DNA of 64,000 nucleotides from Octopus bimaculoides (taxonomy: Eukaryota): positions 3,566,387 through 3,630,386 of the forward strand of contig NC_068983.1 in the NCBI RefSeq assembly GCF_001194135.2, read 5' to 3'. The notes beneath the pieces were generated by a model that was not told the origin of the DNA, ran no database searches, and saw only the letters and a list, made by a program, of their open reading frames with translations. Each line of letters starts with the position of its first letter. Positions within the stretch are counted from its first letter, which is position 1. Positions 1 through 13,081 of the stretch are shown here, one piece after another. The translations under genes were made by a program, and so were the position numbers.

Positions 1-40
<40 letters not shown>

Positions 41-61
41 CATACATATATATATATATAT

Positions 62-275
62 ATGTATGTGTGTTTGTGTCTGTCCCCCACCCCCAACATC
101 ACTTGACAACCGATGCTGGTGTGTTTATGTCCCCGTAACTTAGCGGTTTGGCAAAAGAGACCGATAAAATAAGTACTAGGCTTACAAAGAATAAGTCCTG
201 GGGTCAATTTGTTCAACTAAAGGCAGTGCTCCAGCATGGTCACAGTCAACTGACTGAAACAAGTAAAAGAGATTA
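62..275 (+). mobile_element. 3' half of abundant tRNA-derived SINE family
   Basis: Block gacaaccgatgctggtgtg...gtaacttagcggtt...aagtactaggcttacaaagaataagtcctggggtc...ctccagcatgg...gaaacaagtaaaaga recurs more than 10 times in the window on both strands. Confidence 0.85.
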
Positions 276-1274
276 ATGTAAATAATGTAGAGGTGAATCA
301 ATGCAAAAGGTAGTTCCTTCCGTAAATGGACTGGAACGAGGGAACCGTCTGTGAGGAAGCATTTGAAGAAATATTGATGATGAAGGAAATTGATCATTTG
401 TAACAATCAAAGAATTGCGAGACAGCAACATCAATAACAGTTGTTTGGGGGGAGGTGGGGTAGTCAATACGGAACAACTTCAGTACTTGACTGGCATCTT
501 ACTTCATTGATCTCAGAGGAAGAACGGCAGAACCGACCTGAGCTGGTTTTCAATCCGGAACATTAAAAAGTCAGAACTAATGCTACAAGACATTTAGATT
601 GGTGCTTTGAAGGGTTCCGACAATCAATCAAACTTAATCAAAAAAAAAAAATTAGTTTTATTTGTGAACCAAAGATTACCACTAATCTTCTTTTTGTTTG
701 TTTTTGTCTTCTTTTCTAATCCGCCACCATCTTATTTAATTAATCTCTGATGGTTGATTAAATTCTTGTCACAACATGCAGCATCGACTGTTGTTGTTGT
801 TGTTGTTGTAGGATGGAAGAGACAAAGAGATTGTCTAGAGTGAATCAAAAAAGGAAGTAAATGCAAGGAATAGTCGTTGGGAGAGGGAGGAGGGGGTTAA
901 TGGGTCAGTCTGGTTTCTTAATTATGTTTCATATCTGCTTGACTAAAGCGGGAGACATACAGACAGAAATATCTATGTAGCGGGTATATACAAATATATA
1001 TATATAGAGAGAGAGGGGGGGGGTCTCCAGTGAAGTCGTCCTTGTATGACTATATTTTCCCTTAATCATTAATAATGATTGAGCAGGACTTACAGTCACA
1101 CTCATTCCAGCCACAACCAACCGATACTTTTGTATATCTAGAAACTACATTGTCCGCTGTGTCCACTTTCATAGAAGGACTGCTCTTTCTAGCAGGTTGA
1201 CCAATCATAGAGAGGCTCTCTTGTTCAGCCATTGACAGAATGGTTTAATTGCAATTATCCTATATCTTCTCTCT

Positions 1275-1640
1275 TTTACTCATTTCAGCCATTAGACTGT
1301 GGCTATGCTAGGGCACCACCATGAGAAAATTGTTGTCAAAGGAATCAACCGCAGGACTTTTTTTTTAAGCCCAGTACTTATTCTATTTGTCTCTTTTGCC
1401 AAACTGCTAGGTCATGGGGATGTAAACACACTAACATCAGTTGTTAAGCAGTAGTGGATGACAAACACAGAAACAAAGGCTTCTTTCAGTTTCCATCTAC
1501 CAAATCCACTCACAAGACTTTGGTCAGACTAATGTTATAGTAGAAGACACATGCCCAAAGTGCCACACAGTGGGACTGAACCTGGGACCATGTGGTTGGG
1601 AAACAAGCTTCTTACCACTGAGCAATGCCTGCACCCATAA
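1275..1640 (-). mobile_element. CORE-like tRNA-derived SINE, both halves
   Basis: Reverse complement shows tRNA-like head (ggttcagtcccactg B-box), ggcactttgggcatgtgtctt (CCTTGGGCAAG-type CORE box variant) and the shared 3' half. Confidence 0.75.
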
Positions 1641-1944
1641 CTCTATTACACAGACAGACAAAAGACCAGGGATTTAGGGGTCAGGTGGATGGGGTTATTC
1701 AATTGAGTGGGACTTCAGTTTATTGACCNNNNNNNNNNNNNNNNNNNNNNNNNNNNNNNNNNNNNNNNNNNNNNNNNNNCCCCCCACCCCAAAAAAAAGA
1801 GGATGAGAGGCAAACTTGACCTGTCTTTGAATTCAAGATGTAAAGAGCTGGTACTAAATACCACAAGGCATTTTCTCTCATGTTCTGACAATGATTCCTA
1901 CTGGCATCCCATCAGTCATGACGATGAGGGGTTCCAGTCGAACC

Positions 1945-2225
1945 AATCAACAGAACAGCTTGCTCATGAAATTAACATGTGAGTGGCTGAGTACTCCACA
2001 ATAGATGTGTACCTTTAACATAGTTCTCAAAGATTCAGCCTGACACATTGCAACAAATCTGACCCTTTGAAATACAGGTCCAACTCATTTTTGCCAACTG
2101 AGTGGGCTGGAACAATGTGAAATAAAGTGTCTTGCTCAAGGACAGAATGTGTTGCTGGGAATTGAACTCATCACCTTATGATCATTGAACCAAGCACCCT
2201 AATCACTCAGCCACATGCCTTCATA
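1945..2225 (-). mobile_element. tRNA-derived SINE, second family
   Basis: Reverse complement: gtggctgagtgattagg (A-box-like), gagttcaattcc (B-box), gtccttgagcaagacactt; related piece at about 33900-34010. Confidence 0.65.
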
Positions 2226-2329
2226 TAACAATTCTATTAATCCCAATAATGATGGATTAGTCAGGTATATCAAATATTGTTGATTATATTAATCTCTTTG
2301 TAGGAGTTATAGAGAGACAACTGTAGCAA

Positions 2330-3003
2330 GAGAGATGACTGTGCTGGTATGGTCATGTGATGCGTATGGATGAGGATAGCTGTGTGAAGAAGTGTCACAC
2401 TCTAACGATGGAAGGAACCTGTGGAAAAGGTAGACCCAGGAAGACATGAGACAAGGTGGTAAAGCATGATCTTCAAATGATGGGCCTCACAGAGGCAATG
2501 ACGAGTGACCGAGATCTTTGGAAATATGCCGTGCTTGAGAAGACCCATGAAGTTAAGTGAGGTCATAGTCATAGCCAATGCCAGTGTTGCATAACTGGCC
2601 TGTTAAAAGCACCCTTCACTCGTTGGGCAATATGCTGCGCTTGTGAAGACCTGTCGAACCAAGAGAAATCATAGTCCTGGCCGATGCCAGTGCTGTCTGA
2701 TTGGCACCCATGACGGTGTCACGTAAAAAGCACCATTCGAGTGTCGGGCCTCATGAAGGCAGTGACAGGTGACCAAGACCTATGGTAATATACTGTGCAT
2801 ATGTAGACCTGTCAAACCAAGTGAAACCGTAGTCATGGCTAATGCCAGTGTCAGGTCAATGTCACTCGTGCTGGTGGCAGGTAAAAAAACACCCTCTACA
2901 CTCTCGGATTGGAACCTGGTGCAGCCCACTGACTTACCAGTTATCAGTCAAACCGTCCAACTCATGCCAGCATGGAAAGCAGACATATGATGATGATGAT
3001 GAT
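2330..3003 (+). mobile_element. RTE LINE 3' end (ORF2 C-terminus, 3'UTR, (GAT)n tail)
   Basis: Encodes WYGHVMRMDEDSCVKKCHTLTMEGTCGKGRPRKT, then the repeated 3'UTR ending catggaaagcagacatatgatgatgat. Confidence 0.8.
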
Positions 3004-3074
3004 ATGTTTGGTGAACATGTTGAATCACGAGCAGAAGGGAAATCCTGTCCCAGCGTTTTACTGATGACACTGAG

Positions 3075-3290
3075 GCAGTGAGCTGACACAATCATTGTCA
3101 CACGAGACAAAATATTTAGTAGTATTTCTTCTGGCTCCTTACGTGCTAAGTTCAAATCCAGCTGCAGTCAATGTTGTCTTTCATCCTTCTCACATCAATA
3201 AAATCAAGTACCAGTCACGTACTGCGGTCAAAGTAATAGACTCGTTCCCAACCCCACTCAAAATTCCTGGCCTTGTGTGAAAATTAAAAC
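3075..3290 (+). mobile_element. MetaSINE/Sauria-SINE-like tRNA SINE, degenerate
   Basis: ggcagtgagctg head and gtctttcatccttc...ataaaatcaagtaccag core, matching the cleaner copy at 50947. Confidence 0.55.
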
Positions 3291-3294
3291 AACA

Positions 3295-3845
3295 GGCGCA
3301 AGAGTGGTTGTGTGGTAAGTAGCTTGCTTACTGACCACATGGTTCTGGGTTCAGTCCCACTGTGTGGCACCTTGGGCAAGTGTCTTCTACTATAGCCTCG
3401 GGCCAACCAAAGCCTTGTGAGTGGATTTGGTAGACGGAAACTGAAAGAAGCCCATCAAATATAGATATAGGAGTGGCTGTATGGGAAGTAGCTTGCTTAC
3501 TGACCATATGGTTCTGGGTTCAGTTCCACTGCGTGGCACCTTGGGCAAGTGTCTTCTACTATAGCCTGGGGCCGACCAAAGCCTTGTGAGTGGATTCGGT
3601 AGATGGAAACTGAAAGAAGCCTGTCGTATATTTATGTGTGTGCCTGTATTTGTTCATGCATTATCACTTGACAACCGATGCTGGTGTGTTTGTGTCCCCC
3701 GTAACTTAGCGGTTCGGCAAAAGAGACCAATAGAATAAATACTAGGTTACAAAGAAAAGTCCTGGGGTCGATTCGCTCAACTAAAGGGTGATGCTCCAGC
3801 ATGGCCGCAGTCAAATAACTGAAACAAGTTCAAGAATAAAAGAAA
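3295..3845 (+). mobile_element. CORE-like SINE with tandemly duplicated head plus 3' half
   Basis: Two near-identical ~155-bp heads (3295-3455, 3470-3625), each with gtggcaccttgggcaagtgtctt, followed by the shared 3' half. Confidence 0.85.
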
Positions 3846-4621
3846 GGCAAGAACAAATAACATTAAACATTTTTGGAATGTCTTTCAATTGCTTGTTTCT
3901 TGTCGATAGTTGCAGCAGACAATTTCAGTGCCAGTCAAACTGATGGGTTTCCTACCAAGAACTATAAAAGTGTAATTTGTTTTTGCAAAGTGGGAAGAAC
4001 TCCAAAGACAAAATACTTTTTATGCTTTGTATTCCATTCCTTACGACCATCCTGCTCTCCAATGATAGTAGTGTTTCTGTTCTTTTCACTGTGACCCTGG
4101 AAGGGTGCCTAACGGGTGCTATACCTTGCCAAAGAGCAAGGCTGCGATTTTGTTTAGGACTGCTTATTGAGTATTCTTCGCAGCTATAAATCTACAAGTC
4201 ATTCCCCTCTCCACAAACTGGGGATCCACTGGATGGGAGTCTTCATCACTACAATATCCAGATACCAAAGTTATTGGCAAATATTCATGCGTTACATCAA
4301 GTCACAGGTAGCAATGACAAATTTCTGTTTTTTTATACATCGAGGTTGTCTTGCTTGAAAAATACTTTTAATATTGCATTTTATCGCACAAAATCCAAAT
4401 AATTAAAGATAATTTTTTTAAACTTCTGAATTATATCTAATAAACAATTCATATAATTAATTTGGTAACAGAAATTCCATTTGACACGGTATTTATGAAA
4501 ACTTCTTTAAACAACGGACAAAAAGCAACGTTTTCGTACACAGCAGTCCCTTAAACGCCAAGTCTTTTGTTTGTTTTATACCACAAAAGCGACCCTTTTG
4601 CACTCAGAACCGACAGGTTTT

Positions 4622-4681
4622 GGCGGAGGTAAAGAATACATACACCACCAGTTTTCGGTGTACGTATTCTTTATCTTCGCC
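4622..4681. mobile_element. 60-bp hairpin MITE (25-bp TIRs, 10-nt spacer)
   Basis: ggcggaggtaaagaatacatacacc / ggtgtacgtattctttatcttcgcc pair at 24 of 25 positions (2 G-T); homolog at 29089-29185. Confidence 0.7.
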
Positions 4682-5459
4682 CATTTTCAATGGAACAATT
4701 TATCTGCAATAAATAACGACATCTTTGGTTTTTGTCTTTAAACCATTGCTAGAACAAATAAATGGTTTGTCTTCCTTTTAGAAATAAAAACTATCTCTTC
4801 AGATATTTTATGCATTGTGGTATAATTGTGTCAGTAAATATCATTTAGTATCAAAAAAAAATAAAACAATTACAATAATTAGCAAGAACATAATTAGTAC
4901 TACCACCTGGCACACATTTTAAATCCAATTTTTGTATTTTAGACGTGCAAGGTGGGAATGTGTTTTTCGTTTGTTTTTACTTTTTTGTAAAGAGAACTAA
5001 AGTAATTATAAATAAATTAATTAGACACTTACTTATTTAAGGACTCCGTTTACATATCATATATCCAATCAATAACCATTTAATTAAGCAATTTAGAACA
5101 GGTGAACACGTTCTACCGACGCTTCTCGACTTCAGAAGTTTGGGAAACAAAATGACTGCACATGCGTAGTTTGAATCTGTCTCTTATCAGAAACTTGACG
5201 GAAATAATTGACTAATTCCAATTGGTTTTAGAATATGATTGATAATTTGCTTTATTGACCCTGGTGGAGAATGAGATATAGTTGATTTTGTTGTACTTCG
5301 AACTCAGAAAGTAAAAGCAGCCAAAGCAAATACCACAAAACCATTTATGTGAAATTCTGAAGATTCTATCAATGACCCAAACAGAGAGTGGGTTCACCAC
5401 GGCTAAAATATATCCATTTGCATTTCTAAATGGATTTTACATCATTATACATACGTACG

Positions 5460-5491
<32 letters not shown>

Positions 5492-5514
5492 TACGTAAAT
5501 ACACACAGGCAGAT

Positions 5515-5830
5515 AGACAGAGAAGAGAAATTGTGCACAGTTGTGGATATTAACTGCCCAGTGGATGTTAACATAAAGCTGAAGATCAGTGAAAAAGAGA
5601 ACACATATGCTGAACTATTGAGAAATCTGCAGTTACTCTATCCAGATTACAAGTTCAGGTTTATACCTGTAATTATTGGGGCCCTAGGGTATGTAGCACA
5701 CTGATTTAATACCAATCTTGAGAAATTAGGCTTCTCAAAACCAGAAAGGAGAAAGCTAATTTGAAGACTACAGATCCAATCCATCACTGGAACCGTAAAA
5801 ATCTGTAAAACTTTCCAGTTTATCATTTAG
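5515..5830 (+). mobile_element. R4-like non-LTR element, restriction-like endonuclease C-terminal fragment
   Basis: LCTVVDINCPVDVNI...KENTYAELLRNLQLLYPDYKFRFIPVIIGALG; homologous to 41875-42480 and 62500-63180. Confidence 0.8.
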
Positions 5831-6529
5831 ATATATATGAGAATGTATATGCATGAAAATACATACATAAAACATACAAATCTTCACATACATACATACA
5901 TACATACATACATACATACATACATACAAACAAAAATATCCTGTTGTTGGTGTTGAAATTCCAACGAAGGAGCCTTGGATCTAGGTTAGAAACCGGTTCT
6001 TTCTCTGTTGGCAAGAAACCTTGAAATAAAACTTAATAATGATATACATACATACAAACATACATAGAAGAGAAGGAATTTAACCAAGATGCTCTGTGGC
6101 TGGAAGAAATTCGAAGAAGTTATTGCTCCTGTGTTAAATCCAAGACATACACCATTTATGGTGAAACTCTTGCAACTGTGATCCAGAAATTCCAGGATGG
6201 AAATGTAAGAATCCTTTTAGTACGAGAACACTACAGTTCCCTCTGACCGAACACACAAACGATCATCATTAGAAAATTCAAAAAACTTTAATAATTACAA
6301 TTCTCTGTGAAAATTTTGCCCTTCTTTTCTCTCTCGAATATGTCAACGCACCTTTTATTGCAACAACATTATTAAACACACAACAAAAATTACCTCCAAA
6401 ATAAGTTGAAAATCTTAACATATCCACAATTTTCTCTGGCCGAAAACACAAATGACCATCTTTAAAATCTTTGAAACTTTTGGAGATAAACAACTGCCAA
6501 TAGATACAAACTGCACAGTTACAAAAACT

Positions 6530-7166
6530 AAACCACAACAAAACCTATAAAGAGGCGAGAAAATTTCAACAATGTAAATATCAACCAAATTCGACGACTG
6601 GCACCCATGCCAACCTTTCCTTCATTGGACACTAAACTCTGCTTGCGAAGACCTGTTGGGGCTACTGAAATCGAAATCGTAATTGAACCAAATTCGATGA
6701 CTGGCACCTGTGCCAGTGGATTACTAACAGCACGTACGAGCATGATCATTGCCAGAGCAGCTGTCTGGTTTCCGTGCCAGTGGCACGTAAATAGCACCAT
6801 TTGAGCGTGATTGTTACCAGCGTTGCCTTACTGGCACTTGTGCCAGTGGCACGTGAAAAAACATTCGAGCGAGGTCGTTGCCAGTGCCGCTGGACTGGCT
6901 TCTGTGCAGGTGGCACGTAAAAAACACCATTTTGAGCGTGGCTGTTGCCAGTACCGCCTGACTGGCCCTTGTGCCGGTGGCACGTAAAAGCACCCACTAT
7001 ACTCTCGGAGTGGTTGGCGTTAGGAAGGGCATCCAGCTGTAGAAACTCTGCCAGATCAGATTGGAGCCTGGTGTAGCCATCTGGTTTCACCAGTCCTCAG
7101 TCAAATCGTCCAACCCATGCTAGCATGGAAAGCGGACGTTAAACGATGATGATGATGATGATGATG
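6530..7166 (+). mobile_element. RTE 3'UTR-derived repeat with internal ~65-bp tandem units and (GAT)n tail
   Basis: Five GTGCCAGTGGCAC-type units; ends catgctagcatggaaagcggacgttaaacgatgatgat; same sequence is contiguous with RTE ORF2 at 20398-22445. Confidence 0.8.
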
Positions 7167-7254
7167 TGCGCGCGCGTGCGCGTGCGTGTGTGTGTGTGCG
7201 TGTGTTATTATTTTTTCTATTTGTAATTAAAAGGCCAAGATCAGCCCCTTCAGT

Positions 7255-7370
7255 GGTTACTTGTAGTAGTAAAGTCGACCTCGGTGGAATTTGAACTCAG
7301 GACGTAACGGCAGACGAAATACCGCATGGAATTTTGCCCGGCGTGCTAACGATTCTGCCAGCTCGCCGCC
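7255..7370 (-). mobile_element. MetaSINE-like 5' fragment
   Basis: Reverse complement ggcggcgagctggcagaatcgttagcacgccgggc...gagttcaaattccaccgaggtcgacttt. Confidence 0.7.
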
Positions 7371-7810
<440 letters not shown>

Positions 7811-7894
7811 CAAACCCCCGGTAGATACAATATCTTCAATCAACAACCTCACGATATTGTATACCGTACGATGTCTATAATAATAATAAGAAGA

Positions 7895-8402
7895 ATAAAG
7901 TAGTACGAACATAAACCCGAAGGCATCATCGAAAATGATAACGCAAAGATTCTATGGGATTTTATGATTCAGTGCGACCATGAGATAGAGAATAGGAAGC
8001 CAGGCATAATCTTAATTGAGAAAGAAAGCAAACTATGTTGGATCATAAATATAGCAGGCCCAGCTGACAACAAGGTATGCGATAAGGAAGAAAGAAAAGT
8101 CGAGAGATATGACAGGTTAGCTTGGGAGGTTAGCAATTGTGGTCGGCTGAAAAAGGTGGTAATTATACCAATAATTGTCGGAGTCCTGGGAACAGTGAGT
8201 AAAAATCTTGAGAAGTACATGGAACAAATAGGAGCTGCAATAAGGGTGGAGCAGTTGCAGAAAACAGCATTGCTTGGAACCACTCGAATACTCCGGAAGG
8301 TGCTCGAAAAATAAGAGGTGTTACCTTAGTTCACTGGTAGTGAACAGCTGACGCTGTAGCACATCTCCAGCGTTAGAAACTGTGCAAAGGCAATAATAAT
8401 AA
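7895..8402 (+). mobile_element. R4/Dong-like LINE 3' end (REL endonuclease, 3'UTR, (TAA)n tail)
   Basis: ILWDFMIQCDHEIENRKPGIILIEKE...KEERKVERY...IIPIIVGVLG...LQKTALLGTTRILRKVL; PD-(D/E)xK motif mutated (PG, IN); (TAA)n on both sides. Confidence 0.85.
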
Positions 8403-8667
8403 TGTTTTGCTTAATATCCTTAAACGAACCTTATTCAGGGACCTTTCGAGCAGGATGGGCTACTCGACCTGAAGAAAATTCTGACTGGGCCCCACCTGCG
8501 AGGTCATGCGCTGTTTATCTTGATATGTGATCACCATGTCGCGCACATATGGTTGTGATGCATGTGCCTGGTGTACCCTTATCAGACGGGTAGTCATGAT
8601 GGGTATATTGGGCTTCGCATATTTTACCCCAGTGTCACTTTGATGGCATGCCCTGCTCTCTCACTCG

Positions 8668-8669
8668 AC

Positions 8670-8704
<35 letters not shown>

Positions 8705-10390
8705 TGATGATGATGATGATGATAATTCATTTATTTGCCACAAGGGCGAAGGATGAGGGGGACAATACAAAAACAGACGTAAAGTGGGGGTGGGGTTACA
8801 TATAATGGAATAATAAAATAAAAAGTATACACGGTATACATTAGAAGAAGGGAAGTATACATAGAATAGGACTCTAGAAAAAAAGTGATCGTGGTGGGAC
8901 CCCCGCCCCTGATTCAGGAGGACTTCTAGGGATAGTCAAGGAACCCCACCATCCAAGATCAGCCTGAGTACCAAGGACGAGAGCCCACTCCAACCTCTTT
9001 CTACACTGGTCACAGGTCTTTCTCAGGTCTTCACTGAGAGTGGTACCATCCACTCTTGCCACTTTCGCAACTTTCACCCACCTTTCCACAAAGTCACTCA
9101 AAGTCACTCTAACCCTAACCCTAACCCTAACCCTAACCCCTCTCCACCCTCACTTTCCTTTCCAAATAAAACTTGAAAAGAGTCGATGAGGGATTTACCA
9201 AAGAGGAATGTTTCTGTCCTCATTCCTTTCAGCCTCGTCCACCAGATAACCTCTTTCGCCACAGACAAAGGAAAACTGCCTTGCCAGCCGATTAAAGGAG
9301 AGCAGCGGGGCAATCGTCATTATGGACTCAGACGACAGACGGATCTGTCCTACACGTGACAACAGCTGACTCCACACGTGACTTCACAAGTCAGCAATCC
9401 GCCGACACTGAACGAATACACGCAGAACGGTTTCCTCGCTTTCTGAGCACCTCGGACAAGCCCGTCTGACAGCACATCTGTTCCTGTAGAGTTTATCTCG
9501 AACTGCTAGCGTCCCACCCCGGTAGCACAACCAGGCCAAAGACATCTGGAAATTATCCATAACAGTCCCCACCAGAAAGTCCTCCGGAATAGGCTTGCCA
9601 GTTCATCTTCGTCGACGCCTAGGGTCTCCCCGAGGACGTCGTCGCATTTCCCCGCTACTAATCATCTGTAAATATCTAAAGTGGAACACCTACTGATCCT
9701 ATTGCTTGCCTTATAGATGACAGTGAGCGTCTGACGACATTCTAAGTGCCAGGTGACCAGTCCCGGCTTATCCTTTACCCAGAACTGCAGCTCCGTCAAG
9801 GAGACAAACTGCTGAAAGGCATGTCTCACAAACGCAGCCCACACACGTTCACCTTCTAGAAATCGCTGCAGGTGGCGTAACTTAAGTATGTGTCTGCACA
9901 TTAAAATCCATGGCGTGTCTAAGCCGCCACGCAAAGGAAGTTGGCAGCAAACTGACCGCTTGACCATTGGAACGTGTCCCTTCCACAAGAAAACAAACAG
10001 GATATGCTCCAATCTAACCAAACAGTAACTGGGGCAAGACACAACAGTCAGACAATAAATAATGACAGAGGCGATGTCGACATTTTCCACCTCTGCCCAA
10101 CCTTTCAGGGACAACTTGCTCTCTGTCCATTTCTGGGTAAGAGAAGTCACCCTGTTCGTCACCTCTTCCAAATTCTTATCCAGATGGCGGTCGTGACCAA
10201 ACCAGACTCTGAGCAGTTTAACTGGTCCGTCAGTCCAGCATCCGATGACGCCGTCCGATGCCATCGATCTGCCTTTCCAGGTGCCCAGTTGCAATCCCAC
10301 CAACTTGTCGGCATTGATTTTAGCCCCTACAACCAACTCATATTCCTTTACAATGGAATCTCGAAAATGGAGATACGAATTTCAAGGCAT
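8668..10390 (-). mobile_element. Tx1/L1-clade LINE, 5'-truncated and decayed
   Basis: ORF 9662-10336 (LSLKG...S..IY...P...LE..LF.FLWKG...GGL); CPRCSESEETVLRVFVQC zinc-knuckle remnant; FVERW end; minus-strand AATAAA near 8728-8733 and (ATC)n(ATT)n tail. Confidence 0.8.
9110..9139 (-). repeat. (TTAGGG)5 telomere-type array inside Tx1/L1 ORF2
   Basis: (taaccc)x5 next to a 10-bp tandem duplication aaagtcactc at 9090-9109. Confidence 0.9.
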
Positions 10391-11760
10391 TTTTAAAGCA
10401 AAGTAGGGAATTTCTCAGGATTAATGGATTTGTAGAAGTCCGATAAAGACAGATTATTACATTTTGATTTTATTAAGTTATCTGACTGCAAATCAATTAA
10501 TTCTAATTGCAAGGAGTCTGGAGCTTCCTCTGGACACATATCAAAAGGTGTTTCAAAAACTCATGGGTCGATTTTGTTGTCTTGTATTTCTTCAAATCTA
10601 CTTTCAAATTTGTTCAAAAGATTTTTACACTTGTCAGAATATTCCTTTGTTGATTCAGGATATTGTTCACTCAATTTGGGAAAATGTGTGAATCACTTTC
10701 TTTTCAATTGTCTGACAAATAAATGCAGCATCGATTCAAAACTTTTGATATGAGAAACCAGTAAATTTTCATTTCTTCCTTCAGTTCATAAAATCATTTA
10801 AGCATTTGGGCCTTACTTAACCACCCAACTTCACAATGGTACAATAAATCCCCATACTCGGCTTCAAGACCTTTCAAGAATTCTTTAAATTCCCTATTAT
10901 TCAACCATTTGTTTTTTATCCAATTAATGGCCTTAGTTACAACTATCATTACATTGTCCATTTTGAGAGATTTTGCACATAAACTTTTCATATGAATAAA
11001 AGCAGTGACACACAATTAAAGTTTCGGGATCTAAAAGATGCTTCTTAAATTCATTCTTAATCAGAGCTACGAACCCTTTTTCATGACCTACCATAGATGC
11101 AGCGCCATCTGTAGTAAGACCACTCATTTCCTCATACAGTAAATCAAAATCTTCGAATAAATTTTCATCTCTAGTTGTTCCATGCATTGATTTCAAGGCA
11201 AGAAATTCTTCCCGAATGTTGAGTTTTGCGGTTATTCCGCATATAAGATATTGCCAATTGAGCAGTGTTAGACAGATCAGTAGTCTTATCAATGGCTAAT
11301 AAATACAATACAAATTCTACTGAATCAGATTTTAGAAATTTTTTAATGTCATCAACAATGTCTTTAATACGATCAGAAAAGGTTCTTCTTGATAAACTAA
11401 TATTTCTGAAGAAATGAAGTTTTTCTGGGCATATATTCTCAACAGCAGTAAGGATACATTCTTTCACAAATACACCATCGCTTTGTGGTTTGAGCTTTTT
11501 TAAGCAATATTTTTCACTCACCGCATAACTCGCTCGATTCACTCTCGAGTATCGGCCTTTTAAAAAAAGTCCGTTACAAATAAGACGAAAGCACTTGTTA
11601 TCTATTTCAATAAAAAAATAAAACTCAGCCCATTTTTCATCAAACAATGCACATTCATCAGCACTTCTTTTCATAAGATTCTTATTACTGATTGCCATAT
11701 TGATGAAGGTATCGAAAAATTGATTTAACAAAAATTATAAACTGGTTAAATCTATATTAT
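10391..11760 (-). mobile_element. hAT transposase remnant (SPIN/GTF2IRD2-like)
   Basis: FDEKWAEFYFF...LIC; LAIDKTTDLSNTAQLAI; EEFLALKSMHGTTR; TTDGAASMVGHEKG; DLLYHCEVGWLSK; frameshifted and cut on the left by the LINE. Confidence 0.85.
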
Positions 11761-12043
11761 CACTTTCGGAATGTTTGTTATTACTGCTGCTTGGGAAAAC
11801 CAAAAGCCAACTGGGTAGCAGTTGTAATGCCTGCTGTAACGACCGTACGATGCGAGATAACGAGAATGAATGCCAGGTACATCACACGGTCGATACAATA
11901 AATATAAAATGAATAATACATGTATGTGTCAGGGGGAAAAAAGGGAAACACAACCGACTAGCTTAAGAGAAAACTTATTGATCGGTTAACATGTGTTTCT
12001 GTGTATGCGTCATGTATACAGAATAATAGAGGGGCTGAGAACA

Positions 12044-12104
<61 letters not shown>

Positions 12105-12487
12105 GGCATGGATGTATGTGAGTGCGTTAAAGGTACATCTAAGAATAACAATGGAGACAGTGAAAGGGTCTATAATGAGACGTTAGAAGAATGTTTATAG
12201 ACACAATAAATGAGAGATACCAGTTGGCAGTCAATTGTACACGGTAGTTGAAATACTGTATCAAGAAGTTGCGGCCATGACGCTGAGTCGTACGTGAAGT
12301 TGTGGCTGTAATGCTGCTGCCTGGGTCACTTGGTACAGGAATTCTCGCTGGTTGTATATTCGCTGTTGATCCATGGTGTAGTGATTCACGAAACAGTGCA
12401 GTATTGAAGCCAGGGCGAGTTGCTTGTTGAGTTGTGTACGTAGAGATGTTGACGACATTAAGAAGATGATGGTGGCGATGAAGATGG

Positions 12488-13081
12488 AGGTTCCATCCAC
12501 AGTTAGGGTGTGACACTTTTTCACACGGCTGTCCTCATCCATACGTGACGCATGACCATACCAGCGCAGTCGTCTCTCTTGCACATCACATCTGATGCTT
12601 CTTATGCCCTGTCGTGTATGCACACTGAAATTACACATCCAACGGATCATACTGGCTTCATTTCTTTCATGCCTACGCATGTCCTCAGCAGTCATAGCCC
12701 ATGGTTCACTGCCACGTAGCATGGCAGTTCACACACATGCATCATACAATCTACCTTTCATCCTGAGCGAGAGGCCCTTTGTTACCAGCAGAGATAGGAG
12801 CTCCCTGAACTTTGTCAAGGCTATTCTTATTCTAGCCACTACACTCTCAGGGTAACCACCCCCACTACAGACTTGGTCACCTAGGTAACAGAAGCTGTCA
12901 ACTACTTCTAGTTTCTCCCTCTGGCATGTGATGGAATCAGTTTTCTGTACATCTTTAGAGTTTATTGCCCCTGTGCATCTGCCACACACAAAGACTATCT
13001 TCCCGGTTAACCTTCCTTTGATATTGCTGCACTTATGCGTACATAGCTTACACTGGGTACATCTTATGGAGTTTCTACCCA
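12488..13081 (-). mobile_element. RTE LINE ORF2 C-terminal fragment
   Basis: GRNSIRCTQCKLCTHKC...LEVVDSFCYLGD...LSLRMKGRLYDACV...GSEPW...ERRLRWYGHASRMDEDSRVKKC. Confidence 0.9.

Noticed and set aside
11835-11991. Small solo LTR (TGTAAC...GTTAACA with AATAAA)
   Set aside because: No TSD and short; cannot be supported without homologs
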